From Eledone cirrhosa (lineage: Eukaryota), in NCBI GenBank assembly GCA_964016885.1, contig OZ024742.1, positions 372,682,001 through 372,746,000 of the forward strand: DNA of 64,000 nucleotides. Direction: 5' to 3'. Shown here one piece after another: positions 45,601 through 60,920 of the stretch; within the stretch, counting starts at the first letter, position 1; each line of letters opens with the position of its first letter. A program made the translations under genes and the position numbers. The notes below the pieces were generated by a model that was given only the letters and a program-made list of their open reading frames with translations, had not been told where the DNA came from and ran no database searches.

Positions 45601-48600
45601 ATATCATTCTATAAACTGTAAATCTCATTCTATATACTGTAAATCTCTTTCTATATAAACTGTAAATCTAATTCTATATTAACTGTAAATCTGATACTAT
45701 AAACTGTAAATCTCTTTCTATATAAACTGTAAATCTCACTCTATATAAACTGTAAATCTCTTTCTATATAAACTGTAAATCTCGTTCTATATAAGCTGTA
45801 AATCTCATTCTATAAACTGTAAATCTCTTTCTATATAAACTGTAAATCCCATTCTATATAAACTGTATATATCATTCTATAAACTGTAAATCACATTCTA
45901 TAAACGGTAAATCTCTTTCTATATAAACTGTAAATCTCATTCTATATAAACTGTAAATCTATTTCTATATGAACTGTAAATCTCATTCTATATAAATTGT
46001 AAATCTCATTCTATAAACTGTGAATCTCATTCTATATAAACTGTAAATCTCATTCTATAAACTGTAAATCTCATTCTATGAACTGTAAATCTCTTTCTAT
46101 ATAAACTGTAAATCTCATTCTATATAAACTGTAAATCTCATTCTATAAACTGTAAATCTCTTTCTGTATAAACTGTAAATCTCATTCTATATAAACTGTA
46201 AATCTCTTTCTATATAAACTGTAAATTTCATTCTATAAACTGTAAATCTCATTCTATATAAACTGTAAATCTCTTTCTATATAACCTGTAAATCTCTTTC
46301 TATATAAACTGTAAATCTCATGCTATAGACTGTAAATCTCATTCTATATGAACTGTAAATCTCTTTCTATATAAACTGTAAATCTCATTCTATATAATCT
46401 GTAAATCTCATTCGATAAACTGTAAATCTCATTCTATATAAACTGTAAATCTCTTTCTATATAAACTGTAAATTTCATTCTATAAACTCTAAATCTCTTT
46501 CTATATAAACTGTAAATCTCATTCTATATAAACTGTAAATCTCTTTCTATATAAATGTAAATCTCATTCTATATAAACTGAATCTCATTCTATATAAACT
46601 GTAAATCTCTTTCTATATAAACTGTAAATCTCATTCTATATAAACTGTAAATCTCATTCTATATAAACTGTAAATCTCATTCTATAAACTGTAAATCTCT
46701 TTCTATATAAACTGTAAATCTCATTCTATATAAGCTGTAAATCTCATTCTATTAACTGTAAATCTCATTCTATATAAACTGTAAATCTCATTCTATATAA
46801 ACTGTATATATCATTCTATAAACTGTAAATCTCAGTCTATAAACTGTAAATCTCTTTCTATATAAACTGTAAATCTCTTTCTATATGAACTGTAAATCTC
46901 TTTCTATATAAACTGTAAATCTCATTCTATATAAGCTGTAAATCTCATTCTATGAACTGTAAATCTCTTTCTATATAAACTGTAAATCTCTTTCTATATG
47001 AACTGTAAATCTCTTTCTATATAAACTGTAAATCTCATTCTATGTAAGCTGTAAATCTCATTCTATGAACTGGAAATCTCTTTCTATATAAACTGTAAAT
47101 CTCATTCTATGTAAACTGTAAATCTCATTCTATATAAACTGTAAATCTCTTTCTATATAAACTGTAAATCTCATTCTATATAAACTGTAAATCTCTTTCT
47201 ATATAAACTGTAAATCTCATTCTATATAAACTGTAAATCCCATTCTATAAACTGTAAATCCCTTTCTATATAACCTGTAAATCTCTTTCTATAGAAACTG
47301 TAAATCTCATTCTATATAAACGGTAAATCTCATTCTATATAAACTGTAAATCTCATTCTATATAAACTCTGAATCTGATTCTATATAAACTGTAACTCTC
47401 ATTTTATATAAACTGTGAATCTCATTCTATATAAACTGTATATCTCATTCTATATAAACTGTAAATCTCATTCGATAAACTGTAAATCTCTTTTTATATA
47501 AAATGTAAATCTCATTCTATAAACTGTAAATCTCTTTCTATATAAACTGTAAATCTCATTCTATATAAACTGTAAATCTCTTTCTATATAAACTGTAAAT
47601 CTCATGCTATAAACTGAAAATCTCATTCTATATAAACTGTAAAACTCTTTCTATATAAACTCTGAATCTGATTCTATATAAACTGTAACTCTCAATTCAT
47701 ATAAACTGCGAATCTCATTCTATATAAACTGTATATCTCATTCTATATAAACTGTAAATCTCATTCGATAAACTGTAAATCTCTTTTTATATAAACTGTA
47801 AATCTCATTCTATATAAACTGTAAATCTCATTCTATATAAAATGTAAATCTCATTCTATAAACTGTAAATCTCTTTCTATATAAACTGTAAATCTCATTC
47901 TATATAAACTGTAAATCTCTTTCTATATAAACTGTAAATTTCATTCTATAAACTCTAAATCTCTTTCTATATAAACTGTAAATCTCATTCTATATAAACT
48001 CTATATATCATTCTATAAACTGTAAATCTCAGTCTATAAACTGTAAATCTCTTTCTATATAAACTGTAAATCTCTTTCTATATGAACTGTAAATCTCTTT
48101 CTATATAAACTGTAAATCTCATTCTATGTAAGCTGTAAATCTCATTCTATGAACTGGAAATCTCTTTCTATATAAACTGTAAATCTCATTCTATATAAAC
48201 TGTAAATCTCTTTCTATATAAACTGTAAATCTCATTCTATATAAATTGAATCTCATTCTATATAAACTGTAAATCTCTTTCTATATAAACTGTAAATCTC
48301 ATTCTATATAAACTGTAAATCTCATTCTATATAAACTGTAAATCTCATTCTATAAACTGTAAATCTCTTTCTATATAAACTGTAAATCTCATTCTATATA
48401 AGCTGTAAATCTCATTCTATTAACTGTAAATCTCATTCTATATAAACTGTAAATCTCATTCTATATAAACTGTATATATCATTCTATAAACTGTAAATCT
48501 CAGTCTATAAACTGTAAATCTCAGTCTATAAACTGTAAATCTCTTTCTATATATACTGTAAATCTCTTTCTATATAAACTGTAAATTTCATTCTATAAAC

Positions 48601-51600
48601 TCTAAATCTCTTTCTATATAAACCGTAAATCTCATTCTATATAAACTGTAAATCTCTTTCTATATGAACTGTAATTATCTTTCTATATAAACTGTAAATC
48701 TCATTCTATATAAGCTGTAAATCTCATTCTATGAACTGTAAATCTCTTTCTATATAAACTGTAAATCTCATTCTACATAAACTGTAAATCTCATTCTATA
48801 AACTGTAAATCTCTTTCTATATAAACTGTAAATCTCATTCTATATAAACTGTAAATCTCTTTCTATATAAACTGTAAATTTCATTCTATAAACTGTAAAT
48901 CTCTTTCTATATAAACTGTAAATCTCATTCTATATAAACTGTAAATCTCATTCTATATAAACTGTAAATCTCATTCTATAAACTGTAAATCTCTTTCTAT
49001 ATAAACTGTAAATCTCTTTCTATATGAACTGTAAATTTCTTTCTATATAAACTGTAAATCTCATTCTATATAAGCTGTAAATCTCATTCTATGAACTGTA
49101 AATATCTTTCTATATAAACTGTAAATCTCATTCTACATAAACTGTAAATCTCATTCTATAAACTGTAAATCTCTTTCTATATAAACTGTAAATCTCATTC
49201 TATATAAACTGTAAATCTCTTTCAATATAAACTGTAAATTTCATTCTATAAACTGTAAATCTCTTTCTATATAAACTGTAAATCTCATTCTATATAAACT
49301 GTAAATCTCATTCTATATAAGCTGTAAATCTCATTCTATTAACTGTAAATCTCTTTCTATATAAACTGTAAATCTCATTCTATATAAACTGTATATATCA
49401 TTCTATAAACTGTAAATCTCAGTCTATAAACTGTAAATCTCTTTCTCTATAAACTGTAAATCTCTTTCTATATGAACTGTAAATCTCTTTCTATATAAAC
49501 TGTAAATCTCATTCTATATAAACTGTAAATCTCATTCTATGAACTGTAAATCTCTTTCTATATAAACTGTAAATCTCATTCTATATAAACTGTAAATTTC
49601 ATTCTATAAACTGTAAATCTCTTTCTATATAAACTGTAAATCTCATTCTATATAAACTGTAAATCTCTTTCTATATAAACTGTAAATCTCATTCTATATA
49701 AACTGTGAATCTCATTCTATAAACTGTAAATCTCTTTCTATATAAACTGTAAATATCATTCTATATACACTGTAAATCTCTTTCTATATAAACTGTAAAT
49801 CCCATTCTATATAAACTGTATATATCATTCTATAAACTGTAAATCACATTCTATAAACTGTAAATCTCATTCTATAAACTGTAAATCTCTTTCTGTATAA
49901 ACTGTAAATCTCATTCTATATAAACTGTAAATCTCTCTCTATATAAACTGTAAATTTCATTCTATAAACTGTAAATCTCATTCTATATAAACTGTAAATC
50001 TCATTCTATAAACTGTAAATCTCATTCTATATAAACTGTAAATCTCTTTCTATATAACCTGTAAATCTCTTTCTATATAACCTGTAAATCTCTTTCTATA
50101 TAAACTGTTAATCTCATGCTATAAACTGTAAATCTCATTCTATATAAACTGTAAATCTCTTTCTATATAACCTGTAAATCTCTTTCTATATAACCTGTAA
50201 ATCTCTTTCTATATAAACTGTAAATCTCATGCTATAGACTGTAAATCTCATTCTATATGAACTGTAAATCTCTTTCTATATAAACTGTAAATCTCATTCT
50301 ATATAATCTGTAAATCTCATTCGATAAACTGTAAATCTCTTTTTATATAAACAGTAAATCCCATTCTATATAAACTGTAAATCTCATTCTATGAACTGTA
50401 AATCTCTTTCTATATAAACTGTAAATCTCATTCTATATAAAATGTAAATCTCATTCTATAAACTGTAAATCTCTTTCTATATAAACTGTAAATCTCATTC
50501 TATATAAACTGTAAATCCCTTTCTATATAAACTGTAAATTTCATTCTATAAACTCTAAATCTCTTTCTATATAAACTGTAAATCTCATTCTATATAAACT
50601 GTAAATCTCTTTCTATATAAATGTAAATCTCATTCTATATAAACTGAATCTCATTCTATATAAACTGTAAATCTCTTTCTATATAAACTGTAAATCTCAT
50701 TCTATATAAACTGTAAATCTCATTCTATATAAACTGTAAATCTCATTCTATAAACTGTAAATCTCTTTCTATATAAACTGTAAATCTCATTCTATATAAG
50801 CTGTAAATCTCATTCTATTAACTGTAAATCTCATTCTATATAAACTGTAAATCTCATTCTATATAAACTGTATATATCATTCTATAAACTGTAAATCTCA
50901 GTCTATAAACTGTAAATCTCTTTCTATATAAACTGTAAATCTCTTTCTATATGAACTGTAAATCTCTTTCTATATAAACTGTAAATCTCATTCTATATAA
51001 GCTGTAAATCTCATTCTATGAACTGTAAATCTCTTTCTATATAAACTGTAAATCTCATTCTATATAAACTGTAAATCTCATTCTATAAACTGTAAATCTC
51101 TTTCTATATAAACTGTAAATCTCATTCTATATAAACTGTAAATCTCTTTCTATATAAACTGTAAATTTCATTCTATAAACTGTAAATCTCTTTCTATATA
51201 AACTGTAAATCTCATTCTATAAACTGTAAATCTCTTTCTATATAAACTGTAAATCTCATTCTATATAAGCTGTAAATCTCATTCTATTAACTGTAAATCT
51301 CTTTCTATATAAACTGTAAATCTCATTCTATATAAACTCTATATATCATTCTATAAACTGTAAATCTCAGTCTATAAACTGTAAATCTCTTTCTATATAA
51401 ACTGTAAATCTCTTTCTATATGAACTGTAAATCTCTTTCTATATAAACTGTAAATCTCATTCTATGTAAGCTGTAAATCTCATTCTATGAACTGGAAATC
51501 TCTTTCTATATAAACTGTAAATCTCATTCTATGTAAACTGTAAATCTCATTCTATATAAACTGTAAATCTCTTTCTATATAAACTGTAAATCTCATTCTA

Positions 51601-54600
51601 TATAAACTGTAAATCTCTTTCTATATAAACTGTAAATCTCATTCTATATAAAGTGTAAATCCCATTCTATAAACTGTAAATCTCTTTCTATATAACCTGT
51701 AAATCTCTTTCTATAGAAACTGTAAATCTCATGCTATAAACGGTAAATCTCATTCTATATAAACTGTAAATCTCATTCTATATAAACTCTGAATCTGATT
51801 CTATATAAACTGTAACTCTCATTTTATATAAACTGTGAATCTCATTCTATATAAACTGTATATCTCATTCTATATAAACTGTAAATCTCATTCGATAAAC
51901 TGTAAATCTCTTTTTATATAAAATGTAAATCTCATTCTATAAACTGTAAATCTCTTTCTATATAAACTCTAAATCTCATTCTATATAAACTGTAAATCTC
52001 TTTCTATATAAACTGTAAATCTCATGCTATAAACTGAAAATCTCATTCTATATAAACTGTAAATCTCTTTCTATATAAACTCTGAATCTGATTCTATATA
52101 AACTGTAACTCTCATTTCATATAAACTGTAAATCTCATTCTATATAAACTGTAAATCTCATTCTATGAACTGTAAATCTCTTTCTATATAAACTGTAAAT
52201 CTCATTCTATATAAACTGTAAATTTCATTCTATAAACTGTAAATCTCTTTCTATATAAACTGTAAATCTCTTTCTATATAAACTGTAAATCTCATTCTAT
52301 ATAAACTGTGAATCTCATTCTATAAACTGTAAATCTCTTTCTATATAAACTGTAAATATCATTCTATATACACTGTAAATCTCTTTCTATATAAACTGTA
52401 AATCCCATTCTATATAAACTGTATATATCATTCTATAAACTGTAAATCACATTCTATAAACTGCAAATCTCTTTCTATATAAACTGTAAATCTCATTCTA
52501 TATAAACTGTAAATCTCTTTCTATATGAACTGTAAATCTCATTCTATATAACTTGTAAATCTCATTCTATAAACTGTGAATCTCATTCTATATAAACTGT
52601 AAGTCTCATTCTATAAACTGCAAATCTCATTCTATGAACTGTAAATCTCTTTCTATATAAACTGTAAATCTCATTCTATATAAAATGTAAATCTCATTCT
52701 ATAAACTGTAAATCTCTTTCTGTATAAACTGTAAATCTCATTCTATATAAACTGTAAATCTCTTTCTATATAAACTGTAAATTTCATTCTATAAACTGTA
52801 AATCTCTTTCTATATAAACTGTAAATCTAATTCTATATAAACTGTAAATCTCTTTCTATATAAACTGTAAATCTCATTCTATATAAACTGTGAATCTCAT
52901 TCTATAAGCTGTAAATCTCTTTCTATATAAACTGTAAATCTCATTCTATATACACTGTAAATCTCTTTCTATATAAACTGTAAATCTCATTCTATATAAA
53001 CTGTAAATCTCATTCTATAAACTGTAAATCCCTTTCCATATAAACTGTAAATCTCATTCTATATAAGCTGTAAATCTCATTCTATAAACTGTACATCTCT
53101 TTCTATATAAACTGTAAATCCCATTCTATATAAACTGTATATATCATTCTATAAAATGTAAATCTCATTCTATATACTGTAAATCTCTTTCTATATAAAC
53201 TGTAAATCTAATTCTATATTAACTGTAAATCTGATTCTATAAACTGTAAATCTCTTTCTATATAAACTGTAAATCTCGTTCTATATAAGCTGTAAATCTC
53301 ATTCTATAAACTGTAAATCTCTTTCTATATAAACTGTAAATCCCATTCTATATAAACTGTATATATCATTCTATAAACTGTAAATCACATTCTATAAACT
53401 GTAAATCTCTTTCTATATAAACTGTAAATCTCATTCTATATAAACTGTAAATCTATTTCTATATGAACTGTAAATCTCATTCTATATAAATTGTAAATTT
53501 CATTCTATAAACTGTGAATCTCATTCTATATAAACTGTAAATCTCATTCTATAAACTGTAAATCTCATTCTATGAACTGTAAATCTCTTTCTATATAAAC
53601 TGTAAATCTCATTCTATATAAACTGTAAATCTCATTCTATAAACTGTAAATCTCTTTCTGTATAAACTGTAAATCTCATTCTATATAAACTGTAAATCTC
53701 TTTCTATATAAACTGTAAATTTCATTCTATAAACTGTAAATCTCATTCTATATAAACTGTAAATCTTATTCTATAAACTGTAAATCTCATTCTATATAAA
53801 CTGTAAATCTCTTTCTATATAACCTGTAAATCTCTTTCTATATAACCTGTAAATCTCTTTCTATATAAACTGTTAATCTCATGCTATAAACTGTAAATCT
53901 CATTCTATATAAACTGTAAATCTCTTTCTATATAACCTGTAAATCTCTTTCTATATAACCTGTAAATCTCTTTCTATATAAACTGTAAATCTCATGCTAT
54001 AGACTGTAAATCTCATTCTATATGAACTGTAAATCTCTTTCTATATAAACTGTAAATCTCATTCTATATAATCTGTAAATCTCATTCGATAAACTGTAAA
54101 TCTCTTTTTATATAAACAGTAAATCTCATTCTATATAAACTGTAAATCTCATTCTATGAACTGTAAATCTCTTTCTATATAAACTGTAAATCTCATTCTA
54201 TATAAAATGTAAATCTCATTCTATAAACTGTAAATCTCTTTCTATATAAACTGTAAATCTCATTCTATATGAACTGTAAATCTCTTTCTATATAAACTGT
54301 AAATTTCATTCTATAAACTCTAAATCTCTTTCTATATAAACTGTAAATCTCATTCTATATAAACTGAATCTCATTCTATATAAACTGTAAATCTCTTTCT
54401 ATATAAACTGTAAATCTCATTCTATATAAACTGTAAATCTCATTCTATATAAACTGTAAATCTCATTCTATAAACTGTAAATCTCTTTCTATATAAACTG
54501 TAAATCTCATTCTATATAAGCTGTAAATCTCATTCTATTAACTGTAAATCTCATTCTATATAAACTGTAAATCTCATTCTATATAAACTGTATATATCAT

Positions 54601-57600
54601 TCTATAAACTGTAAATCTCAGTCTATAAACTGTAAATCTCTTTCTATATAAACTGTAAATCTCTTTCTATATGAACTGTAAATCTCTTTCTATATAAACT
54701 GTAAATCTCATTCTATATAAGCTGTAAATCTCATTCTATGAACTGTAAATCTCTTTCTATATAAACTGTAAATCTCATTCTATATAAACTGTAAATCTCA
54801 TTCTATAAACTGTAAATCTCATTCTATATAAACTGTAAATCTCATTCTATATAAACTGTAAATCTCTTTCTATATAAACTGTAAATTTCATTCTATAAAC
54901 TGTAAATCTCTTTCTATATAAACTGTAAATCTCATTCTATATAAACTGTAAATCTCTTTCTATATAAACTGTAAATCTTATTCTATATAAACTGTAAATC
55001 TCATTCTATAAACTGTAAATCTCTTTCTATATAAACTGTAAATCCCATTCTATATAAGCTGTAAATCTCATTCTATTAACTGTAAATCTCTTTCTAAATA
55101 AACTGTAAATCTCATTCTATATAAACTCTATATATCATTCTATAAACTGTAAATCTCAGTCTATAAACTGTAAATCTCTTTCTATATAAACTGTAAATCT
55201 CTTTCTATATGAACTGTAAATCTCTTTCTATATAAACTGTAAATCTCATTCTATGTAAGCTGTAAATCTCATTCTATGAACTGGAAATCTCTTTCTATAT
55301 AAACTGTAAATCTCATTCTATATAAGCTGTAAATCTCATTCTATGAACTGTAAATATCTTTCTATATAAACTGTAAATCTCATTCTACATAAACTGTAAA
55401 TCTCATTCTATAAACTGTAAATCTCTTTCTATATAAACTGTAAATCTCATTCTATATAAACTGTAAATCTCTTTCTATATAAACTGTAAATTTCATTCTA
55501 TAAACTGTAAATCTCTTTCTATATAAACTGTAAATCTCATTCTATATAAACTGTAAATCTCATTCTATATAAGCTGTAAATCTCATTCTATTAACTGTAA
55601 ATCTCTTTCTATATAAACTGTAAATCTCATTCTATATAAACTGTATATATCATTCTATAAACTGTAAATCTCAGTCTATAAACTGTAAATCTCTTTCTCT
55701 ATAAACTGTAAATCTCTTTCTATATGAACTGTAAATCTCTTTCTATATAAACTGTAAATCTCATTCTATGTAAGCTGTAAATCTCATTCTATGAACTGTA
55801 AATCTCTTTCTATATAAACTGTAAATCTCATTCTATATAAACTGTAAATCTCATTCTATGAACTGTAAATCTCTTTCTATATAAACTGTAAATCTCATTC
55901 TATATAAACTGTAAATTTCATTCTATAAACTGTAAATCTCTTTCTATATAAACTGTAAATCTCATTCTATATAAACTGTAAATCTCTTTCTATATAAACT
56001 GTAAATCTCATTCTATATAAACTGTGAATCTCATTCTATAAACTGTAAATCTCTTTCTATATAAACTGTAAATATCATTCTATATACACTGTAAATCTCT
56101 TTCTATATAAACTGTAAATCCCATTCTATATAAACTGTATATATCATTCTATAAACTGTAAATCACATTCTATAAACTGTAAATCTCTTTCTATATAAAC
56201 TGTAAATCTCATTCTATATAAACTGTAAATCTCTTTCTATATGAACTGTAAATCTCATTCTATATAACTTGTAAATCTCATTCTATAAACTGTGAATCTC
56301 ATTCTATATAAACTGTAAGTCTCATTCTATAAACTGCAAATCTCATTCTATGAACTGTAAATCTCTTTCTATATAAACTGTAAATCTCATTCTATATAAA
56401 ATGTAAATCTCATTCTATAAACTGTAAATCTCTTTCTGTATAAACTGTAAATCTCATTCTATATAAACTGTAAATCTCTTTCTATATAAACTGTAAATTT
56501 CATTCTATAAACTGTAAATCTCTTTCTATATAAACTGTAAATCTAATTCTATATAAACTGTAAATCTCTTTCTATATAAACTGTAAATCTCATTCTATAT
56601 AAACTGTGAATCTCATTCTATAAGCTGTAAATCTCTTTCTATATAAACTGTAAATCTCATACTATATACACTGTAAATCTCTTTCTATATAAACTGTAAA
56701 TCTCATTCTATATAAACTGTAAATCTCATTCTATAAACTGTAAATCCCTTTCCATATAAACTGTAAATCTCATTCTATATAAGCTGTAAATCTCATTCTA
56801 TAAACTGTACATCTCTTTCTATATAAACTGTAAATCCCATTCTATATAAACTGTATATATCATTCTATAAACTGTAAATCTCATTCTATATACTGTAAAT
56901 CTCTTTCTATATAAACTGTAAATCTAATTCTATATTAACTGTAAATCTGATACTATAAACTGTAAATCTCTTTCTATATAAACTGTAAATCTCACTCTAT
57001 ATAAACTGTAAATCTCTTTCTATATAAACTGTAAATCTCGTTCTATATAAGCTGTAAATCTCATTCTATAAACTGTAAATCTCTTTCTATATAAACTGTA
57101 AATCCCATTCTATATAAACTGTATATATCATTCTATAAACTGTAAATCACATTCTATAAACTGTAAATCTCTTTCTATATAAACTGTAAATCTCATTCTA
57201 TATAAACTGTAAATCTATTTCTATATGAACTGTAAATCTCATTCTATATAAATTGTAAATCTCATTCCATAACCTGTGAATCTCATTCTATATAAACTGT
57301 AAATCTCATTCTATAAACTGTAAATCTCATTCTATGAACTGTAAATCTCTTTCTATATAAACTGTAAATCTCATTCTATATAAACTGTAAATCTCATTCT
57401 GTAAACTGTAAATCTCTTTCTGTATAAACTGTAAATCACATTCTATATAAACTGTAAATCTCTTTCTATATAAACTGTAAATTTCATTCTATAAACTGTA
57501 AATCTCATTCTATATAAACTGTAAATCTCTTTCTATATAACCTGTAAATCTCTTTCTATATAAACTGTAAATCTCATGCTATAGACTGTAAATCTCATTC

Positions 57601-60600
57601 TATATGAACTGTAAATCTCTTTCTATATAAACTGTAAATCTCATTCTATATAATCTGTAAATCTCATTCGATAAACTGTAAATCTCATTCTATATGAACT
57701 GTAAATCTCTTTCTATATAAACTGTAAATTTCATTCTATAAACTCTAAATCTCTTTCTATATAAACTGTAAATCTCATTCTATATAAACTGTAAATCTCT
57801 TTCTATATAAATGTAAATCTCATTCTATATAAACTGAATCTCATTCTATATAAACTGTAAATCTCTTTCTATATAAACTGTAAATCTCATTCTATATAAA
57901 CTGTAAATCTCATTCTATATAAACTGTAAATCTCATTCTATAAACTGTAAATCTCTTTCTATATAAACTGTAAATCTCATTCTATATAAGCTGTAAATCT
58001 CATTCTATTAACTGTAAATCTCATTCTATATAAACTGTAAATCTCATTCTATATAAACTGTATATATCATTCTATAAACTGTAAATCTCAGTCTATAAAC
58101 TGTAAATCTCTTTCTATATAAACTGTAAATCTCTTTCTATATGAACTGTAAATCTCTTTCTATATAAACTGTAAATCTCATTCTATATAAGCTGTAAATC
58201 TCATTCTATGAACTGTAAATCTCTTTCTATATAAACTGTAAATCTCTTTCTATATGAACTGTAAATCTCTTTCTATATAAACTGTAAATCTCATTCTATG
58301 TAAGCTGTAAATCTCATTCTATGAACTGGAAATCTCTTTCTATATAAACTGTAAATCTCATTCTATGTAAACTGTAAATCTCATTCTATATAAACTGTAA
58401 ATCTCTTTCTATATAAACTGTAAATCTCATTCTATATATACTGTAAATCTCTTTCTATATAAACTGTAAATCTCATTCTATATAAACTGTAAATCCCATT
58501 CTATAAACTGTAAATCCCTTTCTATATAACCTGTAAATCTCTTTCTATAGAAACTGTAAATCTCATTCTATATAAACGGTAAATCTCATTCTATATAAAC
58601 TGTAAATCTCATTCTATATAAACTCTGAATCTGATTCTATATAAACTGTAACTCTCATTTTATATAAACTGTGAATCTCATTCTATATAAACTGTATATC
58701 TCATTCTATATAAACTGTAAATCTCATTCGATAAACTGTAAATCTCTTTTTATATAAAATGTAAATCTCATTCTATAAACTGTAAATCTCTTTCTATATA
58801 AACTGTAAATCTCATTCTATATAAACTGTAAATCTCTTTCTATATAAACTGTAAATCTCATGCTATAAACTGAAAATCTCATTCTATATAAACTGTAAAA
58901 CTCTTTCTATATAAACTCTGAATCTGATTCTATATAAACTGTAACTCTCAATTCATATAAACTGCGAATCTCATTATATATAAACTGTATATCTCATTCT
59001 ATATAAACTGTAAATCTCATTCGATAAACTGTAAATCTCTTTTTATATAAACTGTAAATCTCATTCTATATAAACTGTAAATCTCATTCTATATAAAATG
59101 TAAATCTCATTCTATAAACTGTAAATCTCTTTCTATATAAACTGTAAATCTCATTCTATATAAACTGTAAATCTCTTTCTATATAAACTGTAAATTTCAT
59201 TCTATAAACTCTAAATCTCTTTCTATATAAACTGTAAATCTCATTCTATATAAACTCTATATATCATTCTATAAACTGTAAATCTCAGTCTATAAACTGT
59301 AAATCTCTTTCTATATAAACTGTAAATCTCTTTCTATATGAACTGTAAATCTCTTTCTATATAAACTGTAAATCTCATTCTATGTAAGCTGTAAATCTCA
59401 TTCTATGAACTGGAAATCTCTTTCTATATAAACTGTAAATCTCATTCTATATAAACTGTAAATCTCTTTCTATATAAACTGTAAATCTCATTCTATATAA
59501 ATTGAATCTCATTCTATATAAACTGTAAATCTCTTTCTATATAAACTGTAAATCTCATTCTATATAAACTGTAAATCTCATTCTATATAAACTGTAAATC
59601 TCATTCTATAAACTGTAAATCTCTTTCTATATAAACTGTAAATCTCATTCTATATAAGCTGTAAATCTCATTCTATTAACTGTAAATCTCATTCTATATA
59701 AACTGTAAATCTCATTCTATATAAACTGTATATATCATTCTATAAACTGTAAATCTCAGTCTATAAACTGTAAATCTCAGTCTATAAACTGTAAATCTCT
59801 TTCTATATATACTGTAAATCTCTTTCTATATAAACTGTAAATTTCATTCTATAAACTCTAAATCTCTTTCTATATAAACTGTAAATCTCATTCTATATAA
59901 ACTGTAAATCTCTTTCTATATGAACTGTAATTATCTTTCTATATAAACTGTAAATCTCATTCTATATAAGCTGTAAATCTCATTCTATGAACTGTAAATC
60001 TCTTTCTATATAAACTGTAAATCTCATTCTACATAAACTGTAAATCTCATTCTATAAACTGTAAATCTCTTTCTATATAAACTGTAAATCTCATTCTATA
60101 TAAACTGTAAATCTCTTTCTATATAAACTGTAAATTTCATTCTATAAACTGTAAATCTCTTTCTATATAAACTGTAAATCTCATTCTATATAAACTGTAA
60201 ATCTCATTCTATATAAACTGTAAATCTCATTCTATAAACTGTAAATCTCTTTCTATATAAACTGTAAATCTCTTTCTATATGAACTGTAAATTTCTTTCT
60301 ATATAAACTGTAAATCTCATTCTATATAAGCTGTAAATCTCATTCTATGAACTGTAAATATCTTTCTATATAAACTGTAAATCTCATTCTACATAAACTG
60401 TAAATCTCATTCTATAAACTGTAAATCTCTTTCTATATAAACTGTAAATCTCATTCTATATAAACTGTAAATCTCTTTCAATATAAACTGTAAATTTCAT
60501 TCTATAAACTGTAAATCTCTTTCTATATAAACTGTAAATCTCATTCTATATAAACTGTAAATCTCATTCTATATAAGCTGTAAATCTCATTCTATTAACT

Positions 60601-60920
60601 GTAAATATCTTTCTATATAAACTGTAAATCTCATTCTATATAAACTGTAAATTTCATTCTATAAACTGTAAATCTCTTTCTATATAAACTGTAAATCTCA
60701 TTCTATATAAACTGTAAATCTCTTTCTATATAAACTGTAAATCTCATTCTATATAAACTGTGAATCTCATTCTATAAACTGTAAATCTCTTTCTATATAA
60801 ACTGTAAATATCATTCTATATACACTGTAAATCTCTTTCTATATAAACTGTAAATCCCATTCTATATAAACTGTATATATCATTCTATAAACTGTAAATC
60901 ACATTCTATAAACTGTAAAT
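37922..60920 (+). repeat. Older large tandem duplication: copy A about 37922-49852, copy B about 49853-60920
   Basis: Collinear markers show stepwise offsets. 11931: TCTCTCTCT 38001/49932. 11819: AAAGTG 39831/51650. 11256: CTTATTC 43721/54977, TCATAC 45401/56657, CTGATAC 45691/56947, CTCAATTCAT 47691/58947, GTAATTATC 48671/59927, TTCAAT 49221/60477. 11055: AAATCAC 49841/60896. Confidence 0.92.
41622..42892 (+). repeat. Tandem duplication, 2 x 628 bp; a truncated counterpart lies at about 34722-35753
   Basis: AATCAC occurs at 41633/42261 and TTTCTCTATA at 42221/42849. Confidence 0.9.
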
